Assembly: GCA_965223415.1 (NCBI GenBank)
Contig: OZ245002.1
Location: forward strand, 4,896,001 to 4,960,000
DNA: 64,000 nt
Source of the DNA: Myxococcota bacterium
Lineage (GTDB): Bacteria > Myxococcota_A > UBA9160 > UBA6930
Reading direction: 5' to 3'
Shown: one piece after another, positions 10,265 to 20,132 of the stretch
How the letters are laid out: every line of letters begins with the position of its first letter
Numbering within the stretch: position 1 is the first letter of the stretch
Notes under the pieces: generated by a model
What the model saw: the letters and a program-made list of their open reading frames with translations, nothing else
Told to the model about the DNA's origin: nothing
Databases searched by the model: none
Made by a program: the position numbers and the translations under genes

Positions 10265-11064
10265 TCCGCACAGGTCTCCGCGGCGGCGGCCAGCTCCAGT
10301 CGCTTGGCCTCGTGGAAGGCGCGCACCTGCTCCTCGACATAGGCGCGGTAGTCGGTCGCCTGGTAGGGCGGAGGCTCCTCGCAGGTCTCCTCCTCCTCCG
10401 CGAGGGCGATGCGCTCCTCGGCTTCCAGGGCGGAGAACAGCTCGAGACCCGCGTAGTGGCGGTGGAGTGCGTCCGCCTCCGAGCGCAGGGTGTCGACGAC
10501 GCGCTGGCGTTCCGCGGAGACGCGCCGGGTCTCGGCCTGGATCCGCTCGCGCTCCTCGCTCCCGGCGTCCCGGTAGCGCGCGTGGAGCGCCATCACCTGG
10601 GCCTGGAGCTGGCCCCGCTCCTGTGTGCGGCGGACCTGGCCCTCGAGGCCCTCCCGCATCGCGGCGTGCTCACGCTCGAGGGCCTGCATCCCCTGCTCCA
10701 GGTAGGCGATGTCCTCGGGGTCCGCGAAGCCCTGCCTCGTGAGCGCGGTGAGCGAGCGGCGGAGCCTCCCGCAGTGGGGCTCGACGAACGACTCCTTGAG
10801 CGCCTGCCAGCGAAGCCAGAGGCCATTCGTCCCCCAGTCCCTCGCGTACTTCTCGCCGACCTCGGCGGGGAGAACGGCGCGCAGCGTGGCCTCGGCGGCG
10901 GTCGGGCCGAAGCGCTCCTGGCAGCTGGCCACGAGGCCGTCGCAGGTGCGGATCAGCTCCCGGACCTGCGCGGTCCCCTCCTCCAGGGGCATCGGGTCCC
11001 GGGCGCCGGCGGGGGTGGCGCCCCACAGGCCGATCATCAGGCAGGCGAGAGCGCCACGCATCAT
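10261..11064 (-). CDS. Secreted coiled-coil hypothetical protein
   Basis: Signal peptide, helical charged sequence, overlaps next gene. Confidence 0.65.
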   Translation of the reverse strand: MMRGALACLMIGLWGATPAGARDPMPLEEGTAQVRELIRTCDGLVASCQERFGPTAAEATLRAVLPAEVGEKYARDWGTNGLWLRWQALKESFVEPHCGRLRRSLTALTRQGFADPEDIAYLEQGMQALEREHAAMREGLEGQVRRTQERGQLQAQVMALHARYRDAGSEERERIQAETRRVSAERQRVVDTLRSEADALHRHYAGLELFSALEAEERIALAEEEETCEEPPPYQATDYRAYVEEQVRAFHEAKRLELAAAAETCAE

Positions 11065-11208
11065 GAACGGCGCTGTCGGGAGGCCGGCGGAAATTCTTGA
11101 ATGGCCGCCGGCCTCCCGGTGCGGACCTACTCGTAAAGGATGCCCTTCTTTGCGGCCTGCTCGTGTCGCGGACGAAGTCCATCGACCAACGCTCGTTCGG
11201 GCCCAGGG

Positions 11209-12070
11209 ATGAACGCCTCCGCTTCGTAGCTCGCCTCCTCGAGGGCGAGAAGATGGCGCCGCTCTGCCGCGAGTTCGGGATCTCCCGGGTCACCGGGTAC
11301 TAGATCTACCAGCGCTACAAGGCTTGCGGCCTGGAAGGCCTCCAGGACCGATCCCGGCGCCCCGATCGCCACGCAACCAGCTCCCGTACCAGCTCGAGCG
11401 GGCGATCCTCGGGATCAAGAAGGAGCATACCTCCTGGCGCGCCGAAGATTCGCGACAAGCGGATCCGCGACTTCCCGATGATCAGGCCTCCGGCGGTGAG
11501 CACGGTGCATGCCGTGCTGGATCGCAACGGTCTCGTCAAGCGTCGCAGACGCGGTCGCCCGACGGCGATCCGCACCGACACCGGGGTTCCCTTCGCATCG
11601 CCCAACGCACTCGGTCTCTCGAAAGCTCTCCCTCTGGTGGCTCAAGCTCGGCATCCAGATCCAGCGCATCAAGCCGGGTTGCCCTCAGCAGAACGGACGG
11701 CACGAACGCATGCATCTCACGCTCAAGAAAGAAGCCACCAAGCCCGCGTCGTTCAACTTCCTGCAGCAGCAGGAGCGCTTCGACCGGTTCACGGGCGTCT
11801 ACAATCACGAGCGACCGCATCAGGCCCTGGGCGGTGCGTACCCCGGCGACCTCTATACATCTTTGCCGCGCGCCTACGAGCCACCCGACGAGCCGGAGTA
11901 CCCGTTCCACGACCGGTCCGTTCGGGTGACTCAGTGCGGCCGCATCTGCATGGGGCGACGCAAGATCAACCTCAGCACGGTCTTCCGAGCCGGCTCCGAA
12001 CCCCTTCGGGCCCCAGAAAGTGTCAACCATGTCCCCGGAATGATCTGTAAACCATGTGCCCGGAATGGAC
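11209..12070 (+). pseudogene. Degraded IS481-family transposase with terminal repeat
   Basis: DERLRFVARLLEGEKMAPLCREFGISRVTGY-stop, then frameshifted pieces (PQQNGRHERMH, YNHERPHQAL); repeated tgt-aaccatgt-cccgga end at ~12021-12065. Confidence 0.85.
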
Positions 12071-12081
12071 CCGCGAAAACC

Positions 12082-12126
12082 TGGCGCCCCCGGCACGACT
12101 CGAACGTGCGACACCCGGTTTAGGAA
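12082..12126 (-). tRNA. tRNA-Arg(CCU) 3' half only (att-site remnant)
   Basis: Reverse complement TTCCTAAACCGGGTGTCGCACGTTCGAGTCGTGCCGGGGGCGCCA: anticodon loop, T-arm and CCA end; 5' half absent. Confidence 0.8.
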
Positions 12127-12269
12127 GTGCCGGACCGTAGCCCTCCCACGCCGTTGGTTGCCCTACCCCGCAGCAGATTCCAGGATTGCTCGCGTTCAAT
12201 GCCATACCGAAGACGGCCGATGTTGTACCTCGCCGCCTTCCCATGGCCTTACTCGCGAGGACCTCGAGG

Positions 12270-12726
12270 ATGCCCGGCCGCAACAAGCTCAAGCTGACGA
12301 AGACCGCCGTCGAGACGCGCTGCCGCTTGCCGGAGGGGCGGCGCCAGGCCATCTACTGGGACACGGAGATCCCGGGCTTCGGGCTCCGGGTCGGTCAGAG
12401 GACCCGGACCTACATCCTCCAGCGGGACCTTCCGGGAGGCCGGACCCGGCGCGTGACGATCGGCCGCCACGGCGCCTGGACCGTTCAGCAGGCGCGGAAG
12501 AAGGCCCGCGAGCTGATCGCCCGCATCGACGAGGGCGAGGACCCCAACGCCACCCGGCGGGCCCGGGCGGCCCGGGGCGTCACACTCCGGCAGGCCCTGG
12601 ACATCCACCTGAGGCGGCTGGAGGCAAAGGATGCAAGCGAGCGAACGAAAGAGACCCTCCAGGACGAGGTCCCCCGCCACCTGGGCGACTGGCTGGACCG
12701 GCCCCTGATCGAAATCCGGCGACAGC
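12270..12726 (+). pseudogene. Tyrosine integrase N-terminus (arm-DNA-binding/DUF4102-type), truncated by IS21
   Basis: YWDTEIPGFGLRV...RRVTIGRHGAWTVQQARKKAREL..GEDP motif; no catalytic domain; reading frame runs into the IS end at 12727. Confidence 0.85.
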
Positions 12727-12861
12727 TGTCGAGGGACGTCATCTCTTGCGCGCTAAGAGGACGGCTAGTTTTGCGCACCCCCCTGGGTTGATGTTCGGTT
12801 CTTCCTTCTTCTCTTCCGCTCTCCGAAGGAGAGCACGGCCGTCAGGCCGCCCTCTGGGGCC

Positions 12862-13662
12862 TCAACGCTGGGCGCTTTGCCCCGCGGCCTGCTCGAGCTC
12901 GCGGAGCCGGTAGCTCCGCCCCGAGATGTTGAGCACCTGGCTGTGGTGGAGGAGGCGATCGAGGATGGCGGTGGCCAGCACCTCGTCGCCCGCCAGCACC
13001 TCGGGCCAGTCGGCGATGCCCTTGTTCGTGGTGATCAGGATCGAGCCCCTCCCATAGCGGTAGGAGACGAGCCGGAAGAAGAGGCTCGCCTCCTGGCGCG
13101 TCATGGGCTCGAAGCCGACCTCGTCGATGACGAGGAGCGCCACGTTCATGTGCTTGCGCCGCCGCAGCCGTTGCGGGCTGATCTCGGCGTCGCGCTTGAG
13201 GGCCGCCAGCAGGTCCTCGAGGCGATGGAAGGCCACGGAGAAGCCGTTCTCCACGGCCCGCACCCCCAGGGCCACCGCCAGGTGGGTCTTGCCCACTCCC
13301 GGCGGACCCTGGATCAGCAGACTCTCCTTGGCCCGGATCCACGCGCAGGTGCCCAGCGTCTCGATCCGGCTCCGCTCCACACTCGGCTGGAAGGCGAAGT
13401 CGAAGTTGCCGAGGGTCTGCCCCGTGGGAAGGCCCGAGAGACGGAGCGAGGTCTTCATCCTCCGCTCCTCGCGGTGCTGCAGCTCGGCCTCGAGCAGCAG
13501 GTCGAGGAAGCGGTGGGGCACGAGGTCGTCCTTGGTCGCTCGGGCCAGCTCCTCGCCGATGTGCTCGGCCGCGTGATGGAGGCCGAGGCGCACGAGCCGC
13601 TCGCGGGTCGGGTCGAGATCCACCTTGCCGCCCTTCTTGGGCACCGGGTTTCCCGCCGTCAT
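12862..13662 (-). CDS. istB: IS21 helper ATPase IstB
   Basis: GPPGVGKTHLA Walker A, LLVIDEVG, AILDRLLHH; ATGA overlap with istA. Confidence 0.95.
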   Translation of the reverse strand: MTAGNPVPKKGGKVDLDPTRERLVRLGLHHAAEHIGEELARATKDDLVPHRFLDLLLEAELQHREERRMKTSLRLSGLPTGQTLGNFDFAFQPSVERSRIETLGTCAWIRAKESLLIQGPPGVGKTHLAVALGVRAVENGFSVAFHRLEDLLAALKRDAEISPQRLRRRKHMNVALLVIDEVGFEPMTRQEASLFFRLVSYRYGRGSILITTNKGIADWPEVLAGDEVLATAILDRLLHHSQVLNISGRSYRLRELEQAAGQSAQR

Positions 13663-14945
13663 CGCGCCACCTCCGCCAGATCGGCATAGAGGTCGATCGG
13701 CCGCTGCTCCGGCTCCATCGCCCACAGCTCCTGGAGGCGTCGACCCATGCGCCCGAGCGGTACGGGCGCCTCCACCCCCTCCGTGCTCGGCCCCTCGTAG
13801 TGGCTCGGGTCCAGCAGCAGGCGGCTTCGCGTGTGGCGCGGGTGCGCGGCCACCACCGAGCCCTCGGCCCAGACCTGCACCTGCCGGGCGCAGCCGCGCA
13901 CCTCGACGCTCTGCTCGACGAAGCGGAAGGGGACGCTGTAGGTACGCCCCTCGAAGCGCACCGTGGCGTCGCGCCCGACACGTCGCATCACGGCCAGGTC
14001 GAAGGGCTCGGGAAGCCGCTCGGGCAGGGCCCCGAGATGGGGCTTCTCCGCCTCCCACGCCTGGAAGACCGTCGTGCCCGTCGCCGGGCACTGCCGCCGG
14101 TGGCTCGAGCGCGCCACCTGGCCGTCCGTCCACGCTTGCAGCGACTCCAGGCTCTCGTGCTCCCGCCGACGCGGATCGAAGCCCCGCCGGTGCCCCAGGA
14201 TCCGACGCTCCACCTTCCCCTTCTCCTGCGGCTGGCGGGGACGGGTGGCGTCCACGTGGAAGCGAAGGGCCCCGGCATAGCTCGCGTAAGCCGGGTTCAC
14301 CGTCCCCCATGGCCCCGCCCCCTTCGCCACCGCTGTCTTCACGTTGTCGACCCGCAGCACCGCCGGCACCCCGCCCAGCCGCTCGAAGGCCCGGTTGTGC
14401 ACGTCCAGCCACGCCAGCGTGTCCGCCCGCTCCGACCACACCACCGCTTCTCGCCGCGAGTGCGAGAGCACCAGGTGGAAGGCATGCAGGTCCACCTCCT
14501 GGCCCCCGATCCGCACGCCCGGAAACTCGCCCCAGTCCACCTGACCCTGCGCCCCGGGCGGTGTCTCCACCCGACGCCGGCTCCGCACCTTCGGTCTCGG
14601 GAACCGGGCCCGCACGTACCGCTGCACGCTCTTGGAGCTCCCCGTGTACCCGTGCTCCTCCACCAGGAACTCGTGAAGCTCCTGCAGGTTCACGCCACGG
14701 CCTCCCGAGCTCGCCTCCAGCCACTCCGCGATCACCTCGTGGACCGCCTCGGCCAGGAAGGGCTTCCCGCTCCGGCCGTCTCGCGCCCCCTCCGCCAGCC
14801 GCTTCAGCCGGTAGCGCACCGCGCTCTCCCGGATCCCCAGCTGGCGGGCGATCTCCCGGTTCGAGCACCCCCGCTCGTGCAGCACTTCGATCGTCATCAC
14901 TTCCTCCTGCCTCAGTCGCCGCTGCCCCACGCCCCCCTCCCTCAC
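13659..14945 (-). CDS. istA: IS21 transposase IstA
   Basis: HTH, ETPPGAQGQVDWG, VDNVKTAV, EKGKVER. Confidence 0.95.
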   Translation of the reverse strand: MREGGVGQRRLRQEEVMTIEVLHERGCSNREIARQLGIRESAVRYRLKRLAEGARDGRSGKPFLAEAVHEVIAEWLEASSGGRGVNLQELHEFLVEEHGYTGSSKSVQRYVRARFPRPKVRSRRRVETPPGAQGQVDWGEFPGVRIGGQEVDLHAFHLVLSHSRREAVVWSERADTLAWLDVHNRAFERLGGVPAVLRVDNVKTAVAKGAGPWGTVNPAYASYAGALRFHVDATRPRQPQEKGKVERRILGHRRGFDPRRREHESLESLQAWTDGQVARSSHRRQCPATGTTVFQAWEAEKPHLGALPERLPEPFDLAVMRRVGRDATVRFEGRTYSVPFRFVEQSVEVRGCARQVQVWAEGSVVAAHPRHTRSRLLLDPSHYEGPSTEGVEAPVPLGRMGRRLQELWAMEPEQRPIDLYADLAEVAR

Positions 14946-15028
14946 GGGGAACGTGCCGCGCAGCGGCTCAACAGGAGGTGCGCAAATCTACGTGTCCTCT
15001 TAGCCCTCGAATATCACGTCCTGCGACA

Positions 15029-15520
15029 ACGCTCGAAGCGCACGGCATCTCGGTCGTGCTCTCGGGTGGAGCCGTCGTCTCGATCTACTCCGATGCGGAG
15101 TACGTCTCGTACGATCTCGATTTCATTCCCACGGGCCTCGCACGGAAAGTCGACACCGCCATGGAATCCCTCGGCTTCAAGAAGACCCAGCGGCACTGGA
15201 CGCATCCAAAGAGCCGCTACTGAGTCGAGTTCCCACCCGGCCCGGTGGCGATCGGAGACGAAACGATCCGCAGCTTCGCCGAGCGCGAGACGCGAATGGG
15301 GACGCTGCGACTGCTGGCTCCGACCGAGTGCGTCATGGACCGGCTCGCCGGGTACTTCCACGATGCGGACACGCAGTGCCTCGAACAGGCGATCCAGGTC
15401 GCGACGCGGCATCCCGTCGATCTGAAGCGCATCGCGAGGTGGGCGCGCGCTGAGCGGCCTCATGGTGAGGAACGCTACCGGGAGTTCGAGCGGCGGCTAC
15501 GCGAGACCGCGGGTCGGTAG
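15029..15520 (+). pseudogene. 5'-truncated, nonsense-interrupted paralog of the nucleotidyltransferase-like gene at 28244-28795
   Basis: TLEAHGISVVLSGGAVVSIYSDAEYVSYDLDFIP nearly identical to the paralog; TGA at 15221-15223 where the paralog has TGG. Confidence 0.85.
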
Positions 15521-15599
15521 CCGCTCTGACTGGCAGGATTCGAACCCCCGACCCTTGTATCTACTCCACTCACCCGGATCTGGTTCAATAGGGTCAGAA

Positions 15600-15790
15600 C
15601 GGGTTTCGGGGGAGGGTCGCCGTCCCGACCCAGAGGCATGGTCCTCGTACCTGAGAGAGGCGCCCTCGCCCGATCTCGCAAGCTCGAACGGTATCCCGAG
15701 GCAGCGGTCTGCCGCTCGTCCTCGCATGCACAAGGAAGAGCACCGAGGTCGGCACCGAGGCTCCCGACGCTCCCGTTCGAGGAGGAAGAA
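15600..15790 (+). ncRNA. Predicted IS110 bridge RNA (also present in copies 2 and 3)
   Basis: Target loop CCCGACCC (15624-31) and ACCTGAG (15649-55); donor loop ACGGTATC (15688-95) and ACAAG (15730-34); each loop has an inner hairpin; boundaries approximate. Confidence 0.8.
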
Positions 15791-15794
15791 GGGG

Positions 15795-16970
15795 ATGCGC
15801 TTCGTTGGGATCGACATCGCCTCGGAAACGCACGTCGTCGCGATGGTGGGAGAAGACGGGGGCGTGCTGCTGAAGCCGGTCTCGTTCCGGGAGGAGGCGG
15901 CTGGCTACGCACTGCTGTGGGAGAAGCTGGGAGGCCCCGAGGACACGCTCGTAACGCTCGAGGCAACGGGGCACTACTGGAAGAACCTGTTCGCGGCGCT
16001 TGCGGCGAGGGGTTTTGCCGTGGCGTTGATCAACCCGCTGCGCAGTCGCCGGTTCGCACAAGAAGACTTGGAGCGGACGAAGACCGACGCAATCGATGCG
16101 CTCGGCCTGGCTCGCTTCGGAGCACAGAAGCGTCCGAGGGTGACTCGCCTTCCGGACGCGGCGACAGAAGAGCTTCGTGAGCTCGTCCGGCTCCGCGATC
16201 GTCTGGTTCAGGACTTCGGGGACTGCACCCGGCGGCTCCACCGCATGGTCGATCTGGGCTTCCCAGAGCTCAAACGGTACGTGAAGCACCTCGATAGCCA
16301 GCTGTCGACGGGGCTGCTGCGGGAGTACCCCACGGCAAGAGCCTTCCAGGAAGCCTCTGTGGGGCGCGTGGCAAAGCTTCGCTACGACGGTCGTCATCGT
16401 GTAGGCGATGCGCTCGCGAAGCAGCTCGTCGAGGCTGCGCAGAACTCGGTGGGCGCCCATCATGGCCCGGCCTACCAGGTGCAGGTGCGTTACCTGTGCG
16501 AAGACATGGACGTCTTGCGCAAGAGACTCGGCGACATCGACCGCGACATCGCGGATCAGCTATCCGCGCACGAGGTCGGAAGCTTGCTGACGACGATCGA
16601 TGGGATCGGGCCGACGACGGCAGCACGGCTCATCGCGGAGCTCGGTGACCCGGCCGACTTCGCCACGGCCGCAGCCCTCGCCGCCTACGTGGGCGTCGTT
16701 CCAGGCCTAAAGCAGTCGGGCAAGCGCCAAGGCAAACGCGGGAACCTCTCGCCAATCGGTCACGCGCGGCTACGTCGCGCACTGTGGATGCCGACGTTGG
16801 TCGCCGTTCGGAAGAACCCCTGGGTGCGGGCCCACTACGAGCGGCTGCGCGACAACGGCAAGCCCGCAAAGGTCGCGCTGATCGCCTCGACGAGGAAGCT
16901 GCTCATCGCGGTTCACGTCGTGGCGAGGACCCGCAAGCCCTTCGTTCCACAGCTAGAGACCAACCCATGA
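15795..16970 (+). CDS. IS110 recombinase/transposase
   Basis: FVGIDIAS, LEATGHYW, KTDAIDA (DEDD); GVVPGLKQSGK (catalytic Ser region). Confidence 0.95.
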   Translation: MRFVGIDIASETHVVAMVGEDGGVLLKPVSFREEAAGYALLWEKLGGPEDTLVTLEATGHYWKNLFAALAARGFAVALINPLRSRRFAQEDLERTKTDAIDALGLARFGAQKRPRVTRLPDAATEELRELVRLRDRLVQDFGDCTRRLHRMVDLGFPELKRYVKHLDSQLSTGLLREYPTARAFQEASVGRVAKLRYDGRHRVGDALAKQLVEAAQNSVGAHHGPAYQVQVRYLCEDMDVLRKRLGDIDRDIADQLSAHEVGSLLTTIDGIGPTTAARLIAELGDPADFATAAALAAYVGVVPGLKQSGKRQGKRGNLSPIGHARLRRALWMPTLVAVRKNPWVRAHYERLRDNGKPAKVALIASTRKLLIAVHVVARTRKPFVPQLETNP

Positions 16971-17605
16971 ACCGAGAAAACCGGGCCCAGCCCCTTGCTG
17001 AAGATCACGGTATCTCAGGTTCGAAGCCTGATGCTCGATGTCGAGCCACCGGACAGCGCACTTCGAAGAACCGCGTGCATCCAGGCGTCAAGGGTCCGAG
17101 ATCAGGCGCTCCGCGCAACAACCAAGCACGACCAAAGTGCGGAACCAAGCACCGCCAGAACGCGAATTCCTCAGCGAATCCGGCGGCTTCTGGCGGGGCG
17201 GACGGGACTCGAACCTACAACCTCCGGCTGTAAGTCCGCGGAAACGCAGGGGTCCGAAGAGGTGAAGCTTGTATCCCGTTGTATCCCAACCGGGGCACGC
17301 CGGGCCAGGTAGGGCGATGGGGCGGCGGCGGGTAGCCGCCATCCCTCGGGTCCGCGAGCGAGCCCCCTTGCCAGCGCCTCGACGTGAGCTAAATCGGCAT
17401 TGGATCGCACGCAGACATCCCGGGGTCGAGGCCAAGGCGGCGTAGCCCCGGCATGGCTCTTGCGCGCGCCTTGTTGAGGATGTCGCCCGGGTCCGGGTGA
17501 GCTTCGCGTCCCCGCACTGCGGGGGCACGCATCTCCATCTCTTCAGGGCGCCACCGGTCCGCGATCGCGGCGCCCTGTCCCCTCGGCCGGGCGACGTGGG
17601 CCGGC

Positions 17606-18886
17606 TTGCGCGTCTTCTCCGTCTCGCTCTCGCTGCTCGTCGCCGTCGGGCTCTCGCTCGCAGGCAACGGCCTCCTCGGTACGCTGTCGGCACTTCGCCT
17701 CGCCGACGCAGCCCTGCCCGACGAACTGACCGGCCTCGTCCTCGCGGCGTACTTCGCAGGCCTCATGGCCGGCACGCTCGGGCTCGGGAGGACAGTGGCT
17801 CGGGTCGGTCACATCCGGTCCTTCGCGGCCTTCACGGCACTCGCCGTGTTCGCGGCGCTCGCCCAGGGCCTCACCTCGCCGGGCATGCTCTGGCTTCCGC
17901 TTCGGGCGATGACCGGACTGTGCATGGCCGGGACCTACCTGACCGTCGAGTCCTGGCTCCACGCGGAGGCCGGCCCGGAGAGCCGCGGCCGTGTGCTGGC
18001 CGCCTATCTCGTCGCACTCTACCTGGGTACCGGGGCCGGTCAGCTCCTGCTGCCGCTCGCGCCTACCGAGACCCTCGACGCGTTCGCGCTGGCTGCCCTG
18101 CTGACGAGCCTCGCAGTGGTCCCGGTCTGTCTGACGCGCGTTTCTGCACCTCGCCTCGAGCAAGCGGCGACCAGGGCGACCTCCGGGCTCGTGCGCGACG
18201 CGCCCCTCGGGCTCGGCGGGGCCCTCGTCTCGGGATTCGTCGCGGGCACCATCTACGCGAACGCACCGCTCCTTGGGCGCGCGACCGGCATGGAGTCGAC
18301 CGACGTTGCCGGCCTGATGGCCGCCTTCTTCGCGGGCGGCCTCGCCGGACAATGGCCGCTCGGCCGGCTTTCGGACCGCATGGATCGTCGGCTCGTTCTC
18401 TTGGGGGCGATGTTGGGTCTCGCTGGGCTCTGCGCCGCGTTCCTCTTAGTGGCCGCCACGCCTTCCACCATCTGGTGGGCGCTCGCCTTCGCGTTCGGCG
18501 CCCTGGCCTTTGCCCTCTACCCGCTGGCCGTGGCGCACACCATCGACCGGGTGGGTGCGAATCACTCGCTCCCGGCAACGAGTCAGCTCCTGCTGGCTTC
18601 GTCGATCGGCGCGTTCTCGGCACCGGTGCTCGTCGGCGCGGCGAGCCCCTGGCTCGGTGCTTCCGCGTTCCTCCAGCTCGACGCGCTGCTTCTGGTCGGC
18701 TTCAGCCTCGCGGCCTCGCTGCGGATCCTCCGTGTCGATCCGGTCCGCCAGGGTCCGTTCCAGCCCATGGCGAGGACGACACAAGCGGCGCACGAGCTCG
18801 ATCCGCGCCACAGCGGTGACGCTTCATCCCCCGGGCACCAAGCCTCGGTTCCCGCTCGACCCGCGACGGTCGGAGACACCCCATGA
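17606..18886 (+). CDS. MFS transporter (YcaD-like)
   Basis: ~12 TM segments, RVGHIRSFA, ESWL, GRLSDRMDRR. Confidence 0.85.
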   Translation: MRVFSVSLSLLVAVGLSLAGNGLLGTLSALRLADAALPDELTGLVLAAYFAGLMAGTLGLGRTVARVGHIRSFAAFTALAVFAALAQGLTSPGMLWLPLRAMTGLCMAGTYLTVESWLHAEAGPESRGRVLAAYLVALYLGTGAGQLLLPLAPTETLDAFALAALLTSLAVVPVCLTRVSAPRLEQAATRATSGLVRDAPLGLGGALVSGFVAGTIYANAPLLGRATGMESTDVAGLMAAFFAGGLAGQWPLGRLSDRMDRRLVLLGAMLGLAGLCAAFLLVAATPSTIWWALAFAFGALAFALYPLAVAHTIDRVGANHSLPATSQLLLASSIGAFSAPVLVGAASPWLGASAFLQLDALLLVGFSLAASLRILRVDPVRQGPFQPMARTTQAAHELDPRHSGDASSPGHQASVPARPATVGDTP

Positions 18887-18944
18887 AGAACCGCCGGCCC
18901 GGCGACATCCCCCTCAGCCAGATTGCGAGCGCGAGGGCGGCAGC

Positions 18945-20132
18945 GTGAAGCTCGCCATCCTCTCGAGAGAACCGCGGAGCTACAGCACGCGCCGCCTGAA
19001 GGAAGCCGCGCGGGAGCGCGGCCATCGGGCCCGCGTACTCGATCCGACGCTGTTCTCGATCGAAGTCGCGAGCGGGAACCCACACCTCTACTACAGAGGG
19101 CGCGCGCTGGAGCGTTTCGACGCGGTGATCCCGCGTATCGGCGCCTCCATCACCTTCTTCGGAACGGCGGTCGTGCGTCAGTTCGAACAGATGGGCGTGT
19201 TCTGCGTGAACACGTCCACGGCCATCTCGACGTCGCGCGACAAGCTCCGGGCGCTCCAGATCCTGAGCCGGCACCACGTCGGCATCCCGAAGACGTCCTT
19301 CGTTCGCGAGAAGAACGCGATGCTCGAAACGGTGGAGCGGATGAAGGGCCCGCCGGTCATCGTGAAGTTGCTGGAAGGGAGTCAAGGTCTGGGTGTGATC
19401 CTCGCCGAGACGAAGAAGTCCGCGGAGGCGATCGTCGAAACGCTCCAGTTTGCGACGGGCAACAATGTCCTCATCCAGGAATTCGTGGCCGAGTCGCGCG
19501 GCCGCGACATCCGCGCCTTCGTTGTCGACGGCCGGGTCGTCGCGGCCATGCGGAGAACGGCGCAGGAGAGCGAGTTCCGGAGCAACGTCCATCGCGGCGG
19601 GCTGGCCGACGCGGTGGAGCTCGATCCTGTGTACGAGCGCACCGCCATCCACGCTGCCCAGATCCTCGGGCTCCGGGTCGCCGGCGTGGACATGCTCGAG
19701 GGCGCCGATGGCCCGATGCTGATGGAGGTGAACTCGTCGCCCGGCCTCGAGGGCATCGAAGGGGCGACTGGCGTCGACATCGCGGCGACCATTCTCGAGA
19801 TGATCGAAGATCAGGTGCTCTTCCCCGAGATCGACATCCGGCAGCGACTCACACTGCAGAGCGGGTACGGCGTGCTCGAGATCCCGATCGACCGCGGGTC
19901 CGAGCTGTGCGGGCGGACGATTCGCGAGTCCGGTCTGAAGGGTCGGGACGTCCTCGTCCTCCAGATCCAGCGTGGCAGCGTCACGATCCCCAACCCGAAG
20001 ACGAGCCGGGAGATCCTGGCTGGCGACGTGCTGCTCTGTTTCGGCAAGACGTTGACCCTCCGCACCCTGGCGCCGGCACCGCGACGTCGCAATCGGCGTC
20101 GCGGCTCGGCCGTGGGGGCCGCCGATGGCTGA
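18945..20132 (+). CDS. rimK: RimK-family alpha-L-glutamate ligase with C-terminal TrkA-C domain
   Basis: KLAILSR..YSTRRL, DAVIPRIGAS, FRSNVHRGG, EVNSSPGLEGIE. Confidence 0.85.
   Translation: MKLAILSREPRSYSTRRLKEAARERGHRARVLDPTLFSIEVASGNPHLYYRGRALERFDAVIPRIGASITFFGTAVVRQFEQMGVFCVNTSTAISTSRDKLRALQILSRHHVGIPKTSFVREKNAMLETVERMKGPPVIVKLLEGSQGLGVILAETKKSAEAIVETLQFATGNNVLIQEFVAESRGRDIRAFVVDGRVVAAMRRTAQESEFRSNVHRGGLADAVELDPVYERTAIHAAQILGLRVAGVDMLEGADGPMLMEVNSSPGLEGIEGATGVDIAATILEMIEDQVLFPEIDIRQRLTLQSGYGVLEIPIDRGSELCGRTIRESGLKGRDVLVLQIQRGSVTIPNPKTSREILAGDVLLCFGKTLTLRTLAPAPRRRNRRRGSAVGAADG

Larger units (their letters stand above)
12727..15028 (-). mobile_element. IS21-family element (copy A)
   Basis: Imperfect ~50-bp terminal inverted repeats (TGTCG..GGACGT..GCTAAGAGGAC..TTTGCGCACC) enclosing istA and istB; no target duplication. 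Confidence 0.9.
15554..17015 (+). mobile_element. IS110-family element copy 1
   Basis: CT core duplicated at 15554-55 and 17014-15; no terminal IRs; ~240-bp non-coding left end; appears identical to copies 2 and 3. Confidence 0.95.
15533..17287 (-). repeat. Junction repeat J1 (tRNA-Arg(UCG) half interrupted by IS110, spacer, tRNA-Asp-like half, TTGTATCCC x2)
   Basis: gattcgaacccccgaccct|IS|caggttcgaagcctgatgctc; tggcggggcggacgggactcgaacc at 17191. Confidence 0.85.

Noticed and set aside
11160..11208. IS3-like fragment (PNERWSMDFVRD) on the minus strand
   Set aside because: Too short to annotate as an element; at most a relic abutting the IS481 remnant.
15462..15794. N-terminal extension of the IS110 transposase in the ORF track
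   Set aside because: It differs among the three copies and overlaps the non-coding bridge RNA region; the conserved start is MRFVGIDIAS with an RBS.
16995..17015. Junction promoter formed on IS110 circularisation (TTGCTG-17 bp-TATCTA)
   Set aside because: Plausible, but the -10 match is weak and not supportable from sequence alone.
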